A stretch of 64,000 nucleotides of DNA, taken from an uncultured Celeribacter sp. (GTDB lineage: Bacteria > Pseudomonadota > Alphaproteobacteria > Rhodobacterales > Rhodobacteraceae). This document shows, one piece after another, positions 53,859 to 64,000 of the stretch. The translations under genes and the position numbers were made by a program. The stretch is from contig OY781536.2 of assembly GCA_963676755.2 (NCBI GenBank), forward strand, positions 261,640 to 325,639. The letters run 5' to 3'. Below the pieces are notes generated by a model, which was not told where the DNA came from, did not search any database, and was given only the letters and a program-made list of their open reading frames with translations. Position 1 is the first letter of the stretch, and each line of letters opens with the position of its first letter.

Positions 53859-54896
53859 TCAGTTCATTTCGGTTGGAAGGTTGTCGCGCACATAGATCGC
53901 CGGAATGAGCTCCGGCGAAGGCGGCGGCGGCATTTCATCTGCGATGGCTTGCAGCAGTGCCAAAGCGCGGTTCATTTCAATTTCGGGACGTTGGTCGAGC
54001 GCGACATCAACGAAACCGTCTTGGAGCGCATCGCAGACAGTTGTGGAAAGTTCATGGACGATGCAGAAAACTGCGCCTTTCGGATCACGGTCGCGCACGG
54101 CGCGCACCAGACCTTCGTTGCCCGCGCCAGCATTGTAGATTGCCGTGACGGGGGAGGCGTCGGACAGATTCTGATGCAGTGTTTTCCGCATCAGTTCGGC
54201 TTGGTCCTTGGTCTCGATGACTTCGGAAATCCCGATATTGGGAAAGTCGGCTTCGATCACTTCGCGAAACCCGCTAATCCGGTCGCTGTGGTCGCGAAGA
54301 TCAAGAGACCCCGCCGTCAGAACAACATGGCCAGCCTTTCCGCCATGGGAGAACCCGATCAGGCGACCGGCGGTGCGGCCAGCCTTGACGTTATCAATCC
54401 CGATATAATGGTCGCGGTTGTTCTCTGGCACATCTGAGACGAGCGTGACAATTTTCGTCCCTTCGGCCCGCAGAGCAGTGAGGGAGGTGGAGAGTTTGTC
54501 CAGACCCTGTCCGACAAAGGCGACACCATCATAGGTCTTTCCGATCAAACCGGAGAGAGCCTCCTCCAAAGCGCGTGCGTCAAAGGCCTCGAATTCGATC
54601 ACATCCAGCACCACTCCGGCGGTCTTGAGATGCAATGCGGCGGCTGCAAGCTGGTCATGCATCCGGCCGAAAAAGTCGTGGGATTTGTCGGGCAGAACGA
54701 AGGCGAGGTGGTGGTGCCGGTTTTTAGAGAGCTTGGCTGCGGCAATGTTGCGGACATAGCCAAGCTGTGCGACGGCATCATTGACTTTGCGCACCGATTT
54801 TTCGGCCACATTGCCGCGCCGGTTCACGACACGATCCGCAGTCGCATAGCTGACGCCCGCCAAAGCGGCGACATCATGAAGTGTCGGGTTTTTCAT
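53859..54896 (-). CDS. LacI-family transcriptional regulator
   Basis: The HTH is [34 protein letters not shown], followed by a periplasmic-binding-like domain. I chose the ATG at 54896. Confidence 0.9.
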   Translation of the reverse strand: MKNPTLHDVAALAGVSYATADRVVNRRGNVAEKSVRKVNDAVAQLGYVRNIAAAKLSKNRHHHLAFVLPDKSHDFFGRMHDQLAAAALHLKTAGVVLDVIEFEAFDARALEEALSGLIGKTYDGVAFVGQGLDKLSTSLTALRAEGTKIVTLVSDVPENNRDHYIGIDNVKAGRTAGRLIGFSHGGKAGHVVLTAGSLDLRDHSDRISGFREVIEADFPNIGISEVIETKDQAELMRKTLHQNLSDASPVTAIYNAGAGNEGLVRAVRDRDPKGAVFCIVHELSTTVCDALQDGFVDVALDQRPEIEMNRALALLQAIADEMPPPPSPELIPAIYVRDNLPTEMN

Positions 54897-54941
54897 CTTT
54901 CCTCCCGTGCGCAGCACTCCTCCTACTGGCACGGGACTAGA

Positions 54942-55005
54942 ATTGACGCAAAAATGATATACGTCAATCATTTTTTGATATTCTGATTTATTACTTATAA
55001 ATCAG
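54942..55005. promoter_or_regulatory. Two inverted repeats upstream of the lacI-family gene
   Basis: ATTGACG-N13-CGTCAAT lies at 54942-54968 and CTGATTTAT-N5-ATAAATCAG at 54983-55005, in an AT-rich intergenic stretch. Neither matches the classic LacI/GalR operator consensus, so their role is uncertain. Confidence 0.2.
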
Positions 55006-55117
55006 TTGGATATATTTTTAGTGCTCGTTCGAACTTCAAAGCCACTGAGTCGGAGCCTGCCAGGCTCCTGTGGCCCTATCCCACCGGAACGCCTGCTTCG
55101 CCGAAAGGCTGCGCGCC

Positions 55118-55906
55118 TCAGAAGTCGAGGGAATTGCGTTCGCGATAGCCTTGCAGGAAGCTGGCGAGGCGCGGGTCGGTCGGGTTGTTGAACACGTCAC
55201 GCGGCGAGCCGGTGGCGACGATCTCTCCGCGTTCCATAAACACCACCCTGTCGGCCACATGCGCGGCAAATCCCATTTCATGGGTGACCACGACCATGGT
55301 CATGCCTTCGGCGGCAAGCTGTTTCATCACACCGAGCACCTCGCCCACCAGTTCCGGATCAAGCGCGCTGGTCGGTTCGTCGAACAGCATGATGCGCGGC
55401 TCCATAGCGATGGCTCGCGCGATGGCGACCCGTTGCTGTTGTCCGCCGGAGAGGTGGCTGGGATGGTTGTTTTCCTTGTCCGCCAGACCGACCTTGGCCA
55501 GCGCCTCGCGGGCACGCGCCTGCGCCTCGGGGCGTTTCAGCCCGCGGACGCGCTCAAGCCCTTCGGCCACGTTCTGCAAGGCGGTCATATGTGGCCAGAG
55601 GTTGAATTGCTGGAACACCATGCCGATCTCGCGGCGCATCTCGCGCAACCGGTTCGCGGCCATCACTTTGCCACCGGGGCTGTCATAACCGATCAACTGG
55701 TCATCAATCCGCACCTCGCCGCTGTCGTAGAGTTCGAGCACATTGATACAGCGCAGCAATGTGGACTTGCCCGAACCGGACGGGCCGATCAGGCAGGTCA
55801 CCTTGCCCGGCGGGATGTCGAGACTGACGTCCTTCAGAGCCTGAAACGGGCCATAGAATTTGTTGACATTGCGCAAATGGGCGGAGGCGGCGGTCTGGCT
55901 GGTCAT
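55118..55906 (-). CDS. Polar amino acid ABC transporter ATP-binding protein (HisP/GlnQ type)
   Basis: Walker [10 protein letters not shown], signature [14 protein letters not shown] and Walker [12 protein letters not shown]. Length is 262 aa. Confidence 0.9.
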   Translation of the reverse strand: MTSQTAASAHLRNVNKFYGPFQALKDVSLDIPPGKVTCLIGPSGSGKSTLLRCINVLELYDSGEVRIDDQLIGYDSPGGKVMAANRLREMRREIGMVFQQFNLWPHMTALQNVAEGLERVRGLKRPEAQARAREALAKVGLADKENNHPSHLSGGQQQRVAIARAIAMEPRIMLFDEPTSALDPELVGEVLGVMKQLAAEGMTMVVVTHEMGFAAHVADRVVFMERGEIVATGSPRDVFNNPTDPRLASFLQGYRERNSLDF

Positions 55907-55909
55907 CTC

Positions 55910-56569
55910 TCAGCTCCGATCAAGAAGATAATGGGTGAAGCGGCGCTCCAGACGGCGTCCGAAGCGCGAGATCAATTCGACGAAGCCCCAGAAGAACAGT
56001 GCAAGGATCAGGATCGGGGCGACAAACGCGAAGGTTTCGCTCATCATTGTCTGGGTCTGGAACATGATCTCGGGGACGGTGATCATCGACAAGATCACGG
56101 TTTCCTTCGTCAGGATGATCGCGAAATTCACCAGTGCGGGCAGGGCAGAGACCATCATGACCGGCACCATGATGCGGGTGATGATCGTCGTGTTGCGAAA
56201 GCCGATGGCGCGGGCGGCTTCGACCTGACCGACGGGCACGGCATCAAAACCCGCACGCAGGATTTCGGTGAAATAGGCGCTGCCGTAAATCGTCAATCCG
56301 AGGATACCTGCGGGCAGGGCGTCCAGACGCAACCCGATGAGCGGGCCGCCGTAATACAGGACAAAAAGCTGCACGAGGAAGGGCGTGCCACGGATGAATT
56401 CGACATAGGCGCGGATCGGATAGCGCAGGAAACCGGGGCCGAACCGGCGGGCGATCTCGATCATGAAGCCGAGCACAAGGCCGAGGAGTGTCCCCAGTGC
56501 CCAACTCAGAATGGTGTATCCGAACCCCGTGAGCAGATCGGGGCCGTAGCGTTGGAGTATCTCCGTCAT
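55910..56569 (-). CDS. Amino acid ABC transporter permease (HisM/HisQ type)
   Basis: 219 aa with a His/Glu/Gln/Arg/opine-family permease pattern (FIRGTPFLVQLF). Confidence 0.9.
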   Translation of the reverse strand: MTEILQRYGPDLLTGFGYTILSWALGTLLGLVLGFMIEIARRFGPGFLRYPIRAYVEFIRGTPFLVQLFVLYYGGPLIGLRLDALPAGILGLTIYGSAYFTEILRAGFDAVPVGQVEAARAIGFRNTTIITRIMVPVMMVSALPALVNFAIILTKETVILSMITVPEIMFQTQTMMSETFAFVAPILILALFFWGFVELISRFGRRLERRFTHYLLDRS

Positions 56570-57222
56570 CAGACCATAAGCCTCCGTTCAAGCATGCGTC
56601 CGGCCTGTGCAATCACAAGGTTGATCACGAGGTAGATAAAGGCGGCGGCGAGGTAGATTTCGAGGGGGCGATAGGTGGCCGCGGCGATGGACTGGCTCAT
56701 GCGTGTGATTTCCACAATGCCGACCACGGTGACAAGGGAGCTGGCTTTGACCAGCAGAATCAATTCGTTGACGATGGCGGGCAAGCCGATCTTGAGCGCC
56801 TGTGGTAGCAGAATACGGATCCAGACATCGCGGGGCGCCATGCCGATAGCAGCGGCGGCTTCCGCTTGCCCTTGAGGAATGGCATTGAGAGACCCGCGCA
56901 GCACTTCCGACAAATAGGCGGCGGCGCAAAGCCCGACGGTCAGGACCGCTGCGGCCAGTGCGGGCACATTGATGCCGATCACAGGCAGCAGGTAATAGGC
57001 CGCGAGAAGCTGGATCAACAGCGGGACACCGCGGAAAAAGCTGACATAAAGCGCCGCACTCCGGCGCATCCAGCGCTTGTTCGACAGGGCGGCAGCACAG
57101 ATCACAGCGCCGAGAATAAGCCCCTCGATACAGCCGAGGACCGAGATCAGGAGCGTGTAGCGCGCCGAGCCGAGCAACACCGGAAAATTTTCCACGATCG
57201 TCTGGAATGAAAACATTGCCAT
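56569..57222 (-). CDS. Amino acid ABC transporter permease (HisM/HisQ type)
   Basis: 217 aa with the FFRGVPLLIQLL motif. The stop and start abut the neighbouring permease gene. Confidence 0.9.
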   Translation of the reverse strand: MAMFSFQTIVENFPVLLGSARYTLLISVLGCIEGLILGAVICAAALSNKRWMRRSAALYVSFFRGVPLLIQLLAAYYLLPVIGINVPALAAAVLTVGLCAAAYLSEVLRGSLNAIPQGQAEAAAAIGMAPRDVWIRILLPQALKIGLPAIVNELILLVKASSLVTVVGIVEITRMSQSIAAATYRPLEIYLAAAFIYLVINLVIAQAGRMLERRLMV

Positions 57223-57282
57223 GCCTTGAGAATGGGGAGGGCGTTGCGCGGGCGAGCGGACCCCGCCCGCGCGGTTTCGATC

Positions 57283-58095
57283 TTAGAGTTCGGGCATTGT
57301 CGCCGGAAGTTCGGTGGCCATGCCAAACCATTTTTCTTGCATGGCAGCCATACGGCCATCGGCCTTGATCGCGGCAAGAGCTTCGTTCACAGCAGCAGCC
57401 AGCGTGTCACCATCCCCCTTGCGGGCTACAAAGCCGAAATAGGTAGGGGTGCCGAAGGGAGGGATGACAACGGCGAAGTTGTCGGGACGTGTAATGGCAA
57501 GGTAGCTGAGAAGCGGTGCAGAGCCTGCAACCGCGTCAAGACGGCCAGTCATCAGATCGGCATAGGCCTCGTCCGGTGTGCCGTAACCTTTAACGGTAAT
57601 GCCGCCGATTTTCTCGCCATAGGCCTCAAGCTGTTTCTCTTGCGCCGTGCCTTTTTGCACGCCGACCGTCATGCCTTTGGCATCTTCCGGCCCTGTCATC
57701 TTGCCATCCTTACGCTGCACAAAGGCAACGGTCGCATCCGCGATCGGCAGGGTAAAGCTGTAGCGTTCGGCGCGTTCGGCGGTCATGGTCACAGGGGCCA
57801 GAACAAAGTCGAATTTGTTGACTTCGAGACCCGGCAGGATCGAGGTCCAGGGCAAGTCCAGATATTCCGGCGTGACGCCCAGTTCCTTGGCGATCTCGTC
57901 AAACAGGTCGCGGTCGAAACCGACATATTCACCGTTTTCGAGCATGTCGAACGGCGCGTAATGCATCTCTGTCGCGACGACAATTTTGCCTGCGGCTTTG
58001 ATGTCGGCCAGATCATCTGCCAGAACCGCTGAAGTGGTGAAAGCAAGTGCGCCCAGACCAAGAAGCGCGGATTTCACAGTTGTGTAAAAGGTCAT
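57283..58095 (-). CDS. Amino acid ABC transporter substrate-binding protein (family 3)
   Basis: A signal peptide followed by IKAAGKIVVATEMHYAPFDM and GFDRDLFDEIAKELG, typical of SBP_bac_3. I chose the ATG at 58095. Confidence 0.9.
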   Translation of the reverse strand: MTFYTTVKSALLGLGALAFTTSAVLADDLADIKAAGKIVVATEMHYAPFDMLENGEYVGFDRDLFDEIAKELGVTPEYLDLPWTSILPGLEVNKFDFVLAPVTMTAERAERYSFTLPIADATVAFVQRKDGKMTGPEDAKGMTVGVQKGTAQEKQLEAYGEKIGGITVKGYGTPDEAYADLMTGRLDAVAGSAPLLSYLAITRPDNFAVVIPPFGTPTYFGFVARKGDGDTLAAAVNEALAAIKADGRMAAMQEKWFGMATELPATMPEL

Positions 58096-58191
58096 ATTGT
58101 CTCTCCTGTTGGCGGGGCTTTTCATTCCGGCACCGCGCCCCTTGGGTGCCGGACAGTCGGACCAGCGCCGGTTTTTCCGGCGCCGGAATGT

Positions 58192-58743
58192 CTATGTCAG
58201 TTGACGCACGATAACGGCAATCACGGGACCGGAGGCGACTTGGCCGCTCAGGTCATGATTTTGATCTGAAACTATAATTTCGTCGGGATGTAAGACGAGA
58301 TCGCCGATTTTAACCGGTTGATGGCGCGTGACAAGGGCAACTGCACAATTTGGCACAGGTTGACCTGCCGCAAGCATCTCGACCTGATGTGTGCAGACCC
58401 CGCGTCGCGTCATGACGTTGAAGTCCAGAACCGGACCTGCACTCAGACGCGCATGAAGCGCGGCCTCTCCGGGAAAGGAGAAAGGCGGCGTGCGATTGTC
58501 CAATGTGACCGACCCGCCTTGCGCGAAATCGAGGTGCAGACCCGTGCCGGACAAAACCGTCAACGTGCGGTCGATGCCCGCAAAGGAGGAGAACCCGCCC
58601 TCGGTCGCAACTTCGGCCATACTGATCCGCCACTGCATATCCTCGAAACCCGCCCCTGCGGGGAAGGCGGCGATTTCCCATGTCAGGCCACCGCCATTTT
58701 TCCATGGCTGTGCGGTGAGCTCGCTGCGGCGGATCAGTTTCAT
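58192..58743 (-). CDS. hutD: HutD-family protein
   Basis: [25 protein letters not shown]...WRISMAEV...[13 protein letters not shown] matches the HutD (Ves-like) family pattern. It lies directly after hutU with overlapping codons. Confidence 0.8.
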   Translation of the reverse strand: MKLIRRSELTAQPWKNGGGLTWEIAAFPAGAGFEDMQWRISMAEVATEGGFSSFAGIDRTLTVLSGTGLHLDFAQGGSVTLDNRTPPFSFPGEAALHARLSAGPVLDFNVMTRRGVCTHQVEMLAAGQPVPNCAVALVTRHQPVKIGDLVLHPDEIIVSDQNHDLSGQVASGPVIAVIVRQLT

Positions 58744-60434
58744 TTCAGAATCCCCGGCAAGTTGAGGTCATGCTCAATCGCGCAATCGCGGGCAATCTCA
58801 TAGCCTGCATCGGCGTGGCGCATGACGCCCGTGGCTGGATCGTTCCAAAGCACCCGCGCAATGCGGCGGTCTGCATCTTCGGAGCCGTCACAACAGATGA
58901 CCATGCCCGAGTGCTGCGAAAAGCCCATGCCGACGCCGCCACCGTGATGCAACGAGACCCAAGTCGCACCCGAGGCGGTGTTGAGCAGAGCATTCAGCAA
59001 AGGCCAGTCGGAGACAGCATCGGAGCCATCCTTCATGGCTTCGGTCTCGCGGTTGGGGGATGCGACCGAGCCGCTGTCGAGATGATCGCGCCCGATGACG
59101 ACCGGTGCTTTCAATTCGCCGTTGCGGACCATTTCGTTGATCGCAAGCCCCGCCTTGTGGCGCTCACCCAACCCGATCCACATGATCCGTGCGGGCAGGC
59201 CCTGAAAGTCGATCCGCTCGCGGGCCATATCCAGCCAGCGATGCAGATGGGCATTTTCAGGGAACAGCTCTTTCATGCGCTGGTCGGTTTTGTAGATGTC
59301 CTCGGGATCGCCCGACAGCGCAGCCCAGCGGAACGGCCCGACGCCGCGACAGAACAGCGGACGGATATAGGCCGGCACGAAACCCGGAAACGCAAAAGCA
59401 TTTTCCAGCCCTTCTTCCTGCGCCATCTGGCGAATGTTGTTGCCGTAATCGAGCGTTGGCACACCCGCGTTCCAGAAACCGACCATTGCCTCAACATGAT
59501 CGCGCATCGAAGCCCGTGCGGCGCTCGCGACTGCGGCGGGATTGCTTTCCTGCTCTGCGCGCCATTGCGCAACGGTCCAGCCTTTGGGCAGGTAGCCGTG
59601 GAAGGGATCATGTGCCGAAGTCTGGTCGGTCACAATGTCAGGCCGCCCGTTGGGAAGCGTTTCGCCAGCTTGCATCCGGCGCAGGATTTCGGGGAAAACA
59701 TCTGCGGCATTGCCGATCAAGGCGACAGATTTGGCCTCGCCCGCTTTCGTCCAGCGATCAATCATCGCCAGCGCTTCGTCAAGCGAATGGGTTTTCTCGT
59801 CGCAATAGCGGGTGCGGATGCGAAAATCGGCGCGGGTCTCGTCACATTCGACTGCGAGACAGCAGGCCCCGGCCATCACAGCGGCCAGCGGCTGTGCGCC
59901 ACCCATGCCGCCCAGACCACCGGTCAGAATCCAGCGCCCTTTCAGATCACCATCGTAATGCTGGCGACCGGCTTCGGCAAAGGTCTCGTAAGTGCCCTGC
60001 ACAATCCCTTGCGCGCCGATGTAAATCCAAGACCCTGCGGTCATCTGGCCATACATCGCCAGACCCTTTTTATCGAGTTCGTTGAAATGCTCCCAGTTCG
60101 CCCAGTGCGGCACAAGGTTGGAATTGGCAATCAGAACGCGCGGCGCATCCTTGTGTGTCTGGAACACACCGACCGGCTTGCCCGATTGCACCAAAAGCGT
60201 TTGGTCCTCGTCAAGTTCGCGTAGCGCGGTGCAAATCCGGTCGAAATCGTCCCAAGTGCGTGCGGCACGGCCAATCCCGCCATAGACCACCAGTTCATGC
60301 GGGTTCTCGGCGACATCGGGGTGCAGGTTGTTCATCAGCATCCGCAGCGGCGCTTCGGTCAGCCAGCTCTTGGCCGTCATCTCGGTGCCGGTTGCGGGGA
60401 AGATGTCGCGGGTGTTGTGACGCGGATTGTTCAT
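58740..60434 (-). CDS. hutU: Urocanate hydratase
   Basis: 564 aa. [31 protein letters not shown] and HHGGGVGMG are classic urocanase segments. Confidence 0.95.
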   Translation of the reverse strand: MNNPRHNTRDIFPATGTEMTAKSWLTEAPLRMLMNNLHPDVAENPHELVVYGGIGRAARTWDDFDRICTALRELDEDQTLLVQSGKPVGVFQTHKDAPRVLIANSNLVPHWANWEHFNELDKKGLAMYGQMTAGSWIYIGAQGIVQGTYETFAEAGRQHYDGDLKGRWILTGGLGGMGGAQPLAAVMAGACCLAVECDETRADFRIRTRYCDEKTHSLDEALAMIDRWTKAGEAKSVALIGNAADVFPEILRRMQAGETLPNGRPDIVTDQTSAHDPFHGYLPKGWTVAQWRAEQESNPAAVASAARASMRDHVEAMVGFWNAGVPTLDYGNNIRQMAQEEGLENAFAFPGFVPAYIRPLFCRGVGPFRWAALSGDPEDIYKTDQRMKELFPENAHLHRWLDMARERIDFQGLPARIMWIGLGERHKAGLAINEMVRNGELKAPVVIGRDHLDSGSVASPNRETEAMKDGSDAVSDWPLLNALLNTASGATWVSLHHGGGVGMGFSQHSGMVICCDGSEDADRRIARVLWNDPATGVMRHADAGYEIARDCAIEHDLNLPGILK

Positions 60435-60455
60435 CAGTTCGATCCTTTCTGCATC

Positions 60456-61598
60456 TCAGGCGAGCAATCTGCCCGCGATGATGTTGCGTTGAATTTCAGA
60501 GGAGCCTTCATAAATGCGCATGATCCGCAGATCGCGAAGGTGGCGCTCCAGCGGGAAATCCCGCGTGAAGCCGTATCCGCCGTGGATTTGCAGCGCATTG
60601 TCGGCAATGCGTCCCGCGGTTTCCGAGGCAAACAGCTTGGCTTTGGATGCGGCGGTGGTGAACCGCTCTCCGGCCTGACGTTGTCGTGCCGCCTCATGGC
60701 CCAACAACTCGGCGGCGGACAGCTCTGTCGCCATATCGGCTAACATCCACTGAATACCCTGCCGGTCAGACAGTGGTGCGCCGCCGATCATGCGTGATTT
60801 GGCCCAGTCTTTTGCTGCACGCAATGCAGCACGCGCGATGCCCACGGCCATCGCGGCGACCTCGGCGCGGCCATTATCCAGCACTTTCATAGCAGTGCGA
60901 AAGCCGGTTCCTTCTGCGCCGAGCCGGTTTGTGTCGGGCAGCACAATGTCGATGTCCAGTTCCCAGACATGACCACCGCGCAGCCCCATCGTTTGCTCGA
61001 CCCGACCGGGCACCAGGCCGGGTGTGCCTTTTTCCACCACAAACGCGGATATTCCGCGATGCCCTGCGTCCGGATTTGTGACGCAGTAAAGCACAATGAA
61101 ATCAGCCACACCGCCATTCGAAATGAAACATTTCTTGCCTTTGATGTGCCAGTTCTCGCCGTCACGCACCGCTTTGGTGCGCATATCGGCAGGGTCCGAC
61201 CCTGCATTCGGCTCGGTCAGGGCGAATGCGCCGAGCATCCGACCTTCGGCTGCGGCGGGTAGAAAACGCTCTCTCAGAGCGTCATCGCCGCCAAGGAGCA
61301 AGCTGTCTGTGGCGAGGTAATGCGCCGTCAGGGCCGAAACCGTCGAGCCGCAGCCTCCGGCCACAATCGCCACCGCTTCGAAGAGCGCATGGGCCGAAAT
61401 GTCAGCCCCGCCCCATCGTTCGGGCAGGTTCGCCCCCATCATTCCGGTTTCTGCCAATGCGGCCAGTTGTTCATGGACAAAGGCGCCTGATGCGTCGGTC
61501 GCTGCCGCTTGAGGAGCAAGAACCTCATTTGCAAAGCGTTCAAGAATGTCGAGGAACTGGCGTTCTTCAGAGGTGAGAAGGTGGTCGAATGTGTTCAT
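60456..61598 (-). CDS. Acyl-CoA dehydrogenase family protein
   Basis: 380 aa. ALTEPNAGSD is present, and the C-terminal DLRIMRIYEGSSEIQRNIIAGRLL is a typical ACAD signature. Confidence 0.9.
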   Translation of the reverse strand: MNTFDHLLTSEERQFLDILERFANEVLAPQAAATDASGAFVHEQLAALAETGMMGANLPERWGGADISAHALFEAVAIVAGGCGSTVSALTAHYLATDSLLLGGDDALRERFLPAAAEGRMLGAFALTEPNAGSDPADMRTKAVRDGENWHIKGKKCFISNGGVADFIVLYCVTNPDAGHRGISAFVVEKGTPGLVPGRVEQTMGLRGGHVWELDIDIVLPDTNRLGAEGTGFRTAMKVLDNGRAEVAAMAVGIARAALRAAKDWAKSRMIGGAPLSDRQGIQWMLADMATELSAAELLGHEAARQRQAGERFTTAASKAKLFASETAGRIADNALQIHGGYGFTRDFPLERHLRDLRIMRIYEGSSEIQRNIIAGRLLA

Positions 61599-62788
61599 TT
61601 GTCAGCTTCTTTCACAACACCGGCTGAGATGAGTTGCGCGATTTGCGCCTCCGTTAGTCCGGCCTCTTGTAGAATGGCGCGGGTCTCGCCACCCAGTGAG
61701 GGGGCTCCGTTTTCGGCCAAATGGGCTTTGCCATCAAAGCGGATGGGTTGCCCCACGACCGGAGATTTGCCCAGCCGGTGATGGGGCAAATCCCGAACCA
61801 GTGCGCGTGCTTGGGCATGGTCTGATGCCAGTTGCTCCGCAAGGGTCATGATCGGGGCCGTCGGCACACGGGCCTCACTCAGTTTTTCTACAACTGTCGA
61901 GGTCGGGTGGAGGGAGGTCCAGTCTTCGATCATGGCGCGCACTGCGGGTTCATTTTGCGTGCGGATCTCGTCTGTAGAAAATCGCGGATCGGTAGCAGCT
62001 TCGGGAACGCCGATCACGTCGCACAGGGATTTGAACTGGCGATCTCCGAGAACGGCAATTATGGCCTGTCCGTCTTTGGTTCTGAATGCCCCGAATGGTG
62101 TGGACAAAGGGTGGCGGTTCCCGACGCGCTCTATTGCGGTGTCCGAATACATATGGATCGCGTGGCTGGTTGGCAGCATCGCCACCAGACTGTCCAGCAT
62201 TGCCACGTCCAGCGTGGCGCCTTGTCCGGAGCGTTTTTGTCCGATCAGCGCCGCCAGTATTGCAATGACGGCATACAGTCCCGCCGCGATGTCGCCCAAA
62301 GCTTCGCCGACTTTCAGCGGAGCGCCACCTTCTTCGCCGGTTGCGTCCATCCAGCCGGACATGGCTTGGGCCACAATGTCAAAGGCTGGCAGTTGTGCCT
62401 CGGGGCTATCCTGACCGAAACCCGAGATCGAACAATAGACAAGCTCTGGCTTCTGGGCGCGTAACGCGTCTGCGCCGAGCCCAAGTCGCTTCGCAACACC
62501 GGGTCGGAAATTTTCGACCACGACATCGCATTGGCTGGCCAGTTGCTGTGCAAGAGATTGGCCTTCGGGCGCTTTGAGGTCGATGACAACCGAGTTTTTC
62601 CCACGATTTGTCAGTGTGAATAGAGCGGATTCTCCATCCCGAAACGGGCCGATATGACGATATTCATCGCCGTGAGGTGGCTCGATCTTGATGATTTCTG
62701 CGCCCAGATCCGCCAGAAGCGCCGTGGCGAACGGTCCGGACAAGACGCGTGTCAGATCGAGAATGCGTATTCCTTCCAGCGGTTTCAT
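61595..62788 (-). CDS. Family III CoA-transferase (CaiB/BaiF family)
   Basis: [38 protein letters not shown] is the typical N-terminus. Length is 397 aa. Confidence 0.9.
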   Translation of the reverse strand: MKPLEGIRILDLTRVLSGPFATALLADLGAEIIKIEPPHGDEYRHIGPFRDGESALFTLTNRGKNSVVIDLKAPEGQSLAQQLASQCDVVVENFRPGVAKRLGLGADALRAQKPELVYCSISGFGQDSPEAQLPAFDIVAQAMSGWMDATGEEGGAPLKVGEALGDIAAGLYAVIAILAALIGQKRSGQGATLDVAMLDSLVAMLPTSHAIHMYSDTAIERVGNRHPLSTPFGAFRTKDGQAIIAVLGDRQFKSLCDVIGVPEAATDPRFSTDEIRTQNEPAVRAMIEDWTSLHPTSTVVEKLSEARVPTAPIMTLAEQLASDHAQARALVRDLPHHRLGKSPVVGQPIRFDGKAHLAENGAPSLGGETRAILQEAGLTEAQIAQLISAGVVKEADK

Positions 62789-63590
62789 CTCGTCAGCTCC
62801 GGAGCGAGGGCTTCAAGGGCGGTCAGGATTTCGGCGAGATAGGGGCGCAGGCGTGCGGCCTTTTCTGCGCTGATCTCCCAAGGCGGGGCCTCGGCAGTCA
62901 GGTGGGTGGACTGGGCCAGTTCCATCTGGATGGCATGGACGCCTGTCTCGGGCTGGCCATAGTGGCGCGTGGTCCAGCCGCCTTTGAACCGCCCGTTCAC
63001 GACATGGGTGAACTCGTGCGCGCGGGCGCAAACCTCTGCGGTGACAGCTTCGATTTGCGGAGCGCAACTGGTGCCATTTGCCGTGCCGATGTTGAGGTCC
63101 GGCAGCTTTCCATCGAAGAGATAGGGAATATGCGAGCGGATCGAGTGACAGTCATAGAGGATCGCCACACCGTGCCGTGCGCGCACCCGTTCGATCTCGG
63201 CCCGCAGGGCGGCATGATAAGGGTTGTGAAACTGCACAAGACGCGCTTCGACTTCAGTCGCATCAGGTTCCTCGGCCCAGATCGGCACCCCGTCGAAATC
63301 GGTCAGAGGCACAAGGCCCGTCGTGTTCTGCCCGGGGTAGAGGCTTTCATTTTCCGGTCCGCGATTGGCGTCGATCACATAGCGGTGGAAGGTGGCGCGC
63401 ACGGTGGTCGCAATCGGGAGCAGCCCGTCATACAGGTGATGGATATTCCAGTCCGTATCCGCCAAGGCACGCCCGCGTTCATTCAGCTTGGCTCGAACCG
63501 TGTCAGGGACATAAGTGCCCGTATGCGGAAGGCCCAGAATGACAGGGCTGTCGCCTTGAGTAACCTCAACGGGAGCGGGGATAGTGCGGC

Positions 63591-63594
<4 letters not shown>
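62785..63594 (-). CDS. hutG: N-formylglutamate amidohydrolase
   Basis: About 269 aa. [14 protein letters not shown] and [12 protein letters not shown] are FGase-family patterns. I chose the ATG at 63594, which overlaps the hutH stop. Confidence 0.8.

Positions 63595-64000
<406 letters not shown>

Noticed and set aside
55050-55066. Hairpin GGAGCCT-GCC-AGGCTCC downstream of the amino acid ABC ATPase gene.
   Set aside because: The loop is only 3 nt and no T-tract follows on the minus strand. It could contribute to termination, but the evidence is insufficient.

Overview
This 64 kb window is high-GC (roughly 58-60% by eye) and densely coding. Protein motifs and transporter content (TRAP, TTT, many ABC systems, DUF1127) suggest an alphaproteobacterium, possibly Rhodobacterales-like, but no taxon can be proven from the sequence alone. 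I found no rRNA, CRISPR array, transposase, integrase or phage genes. One tRNA-Arg(UCU) is present. Most of the window is transport and catabolism:
- two hydantoinase A/B pairs flanking a TRAP transporter
- a TDT/TehA-type transporter with a LysR regulator
- a ynjF-ynjBCD-like cluster
- an 8-gene peptide-type ABC operon with desulfurase-like, FAD oxidase, ATC-hydrolase-like and M20 genes
- tctCBA plus tctDE
- a xylA sugar ABC operon
- a hut operon with an amino-acid ABC importer

The most unusual part is a translationally coupled 7-gene operon at 14006-22946. It links a BcsB-like periplasmic protein and a processive GT2 synthase to a polytopic GT-C-like membrane protein and to a four-part phosphorelay. 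The synthase has an N-terminal MshEN/T2SSE_N-like domain and no PilZ. The phosphorelay consists of a Cache-PAS kinase, a stand-alone REC, an Hpt and a REC fused to a degenerate GGDEF. I do not recognise this as any characterised synthase-dependent polysaccharide system. A second notable item is a CoA-transferase/acyl-CoA dehydrogenase pair embedded inside the hut operon. All functional calls rest on motif recognition by eye and need HMM or BLAST confirmation.
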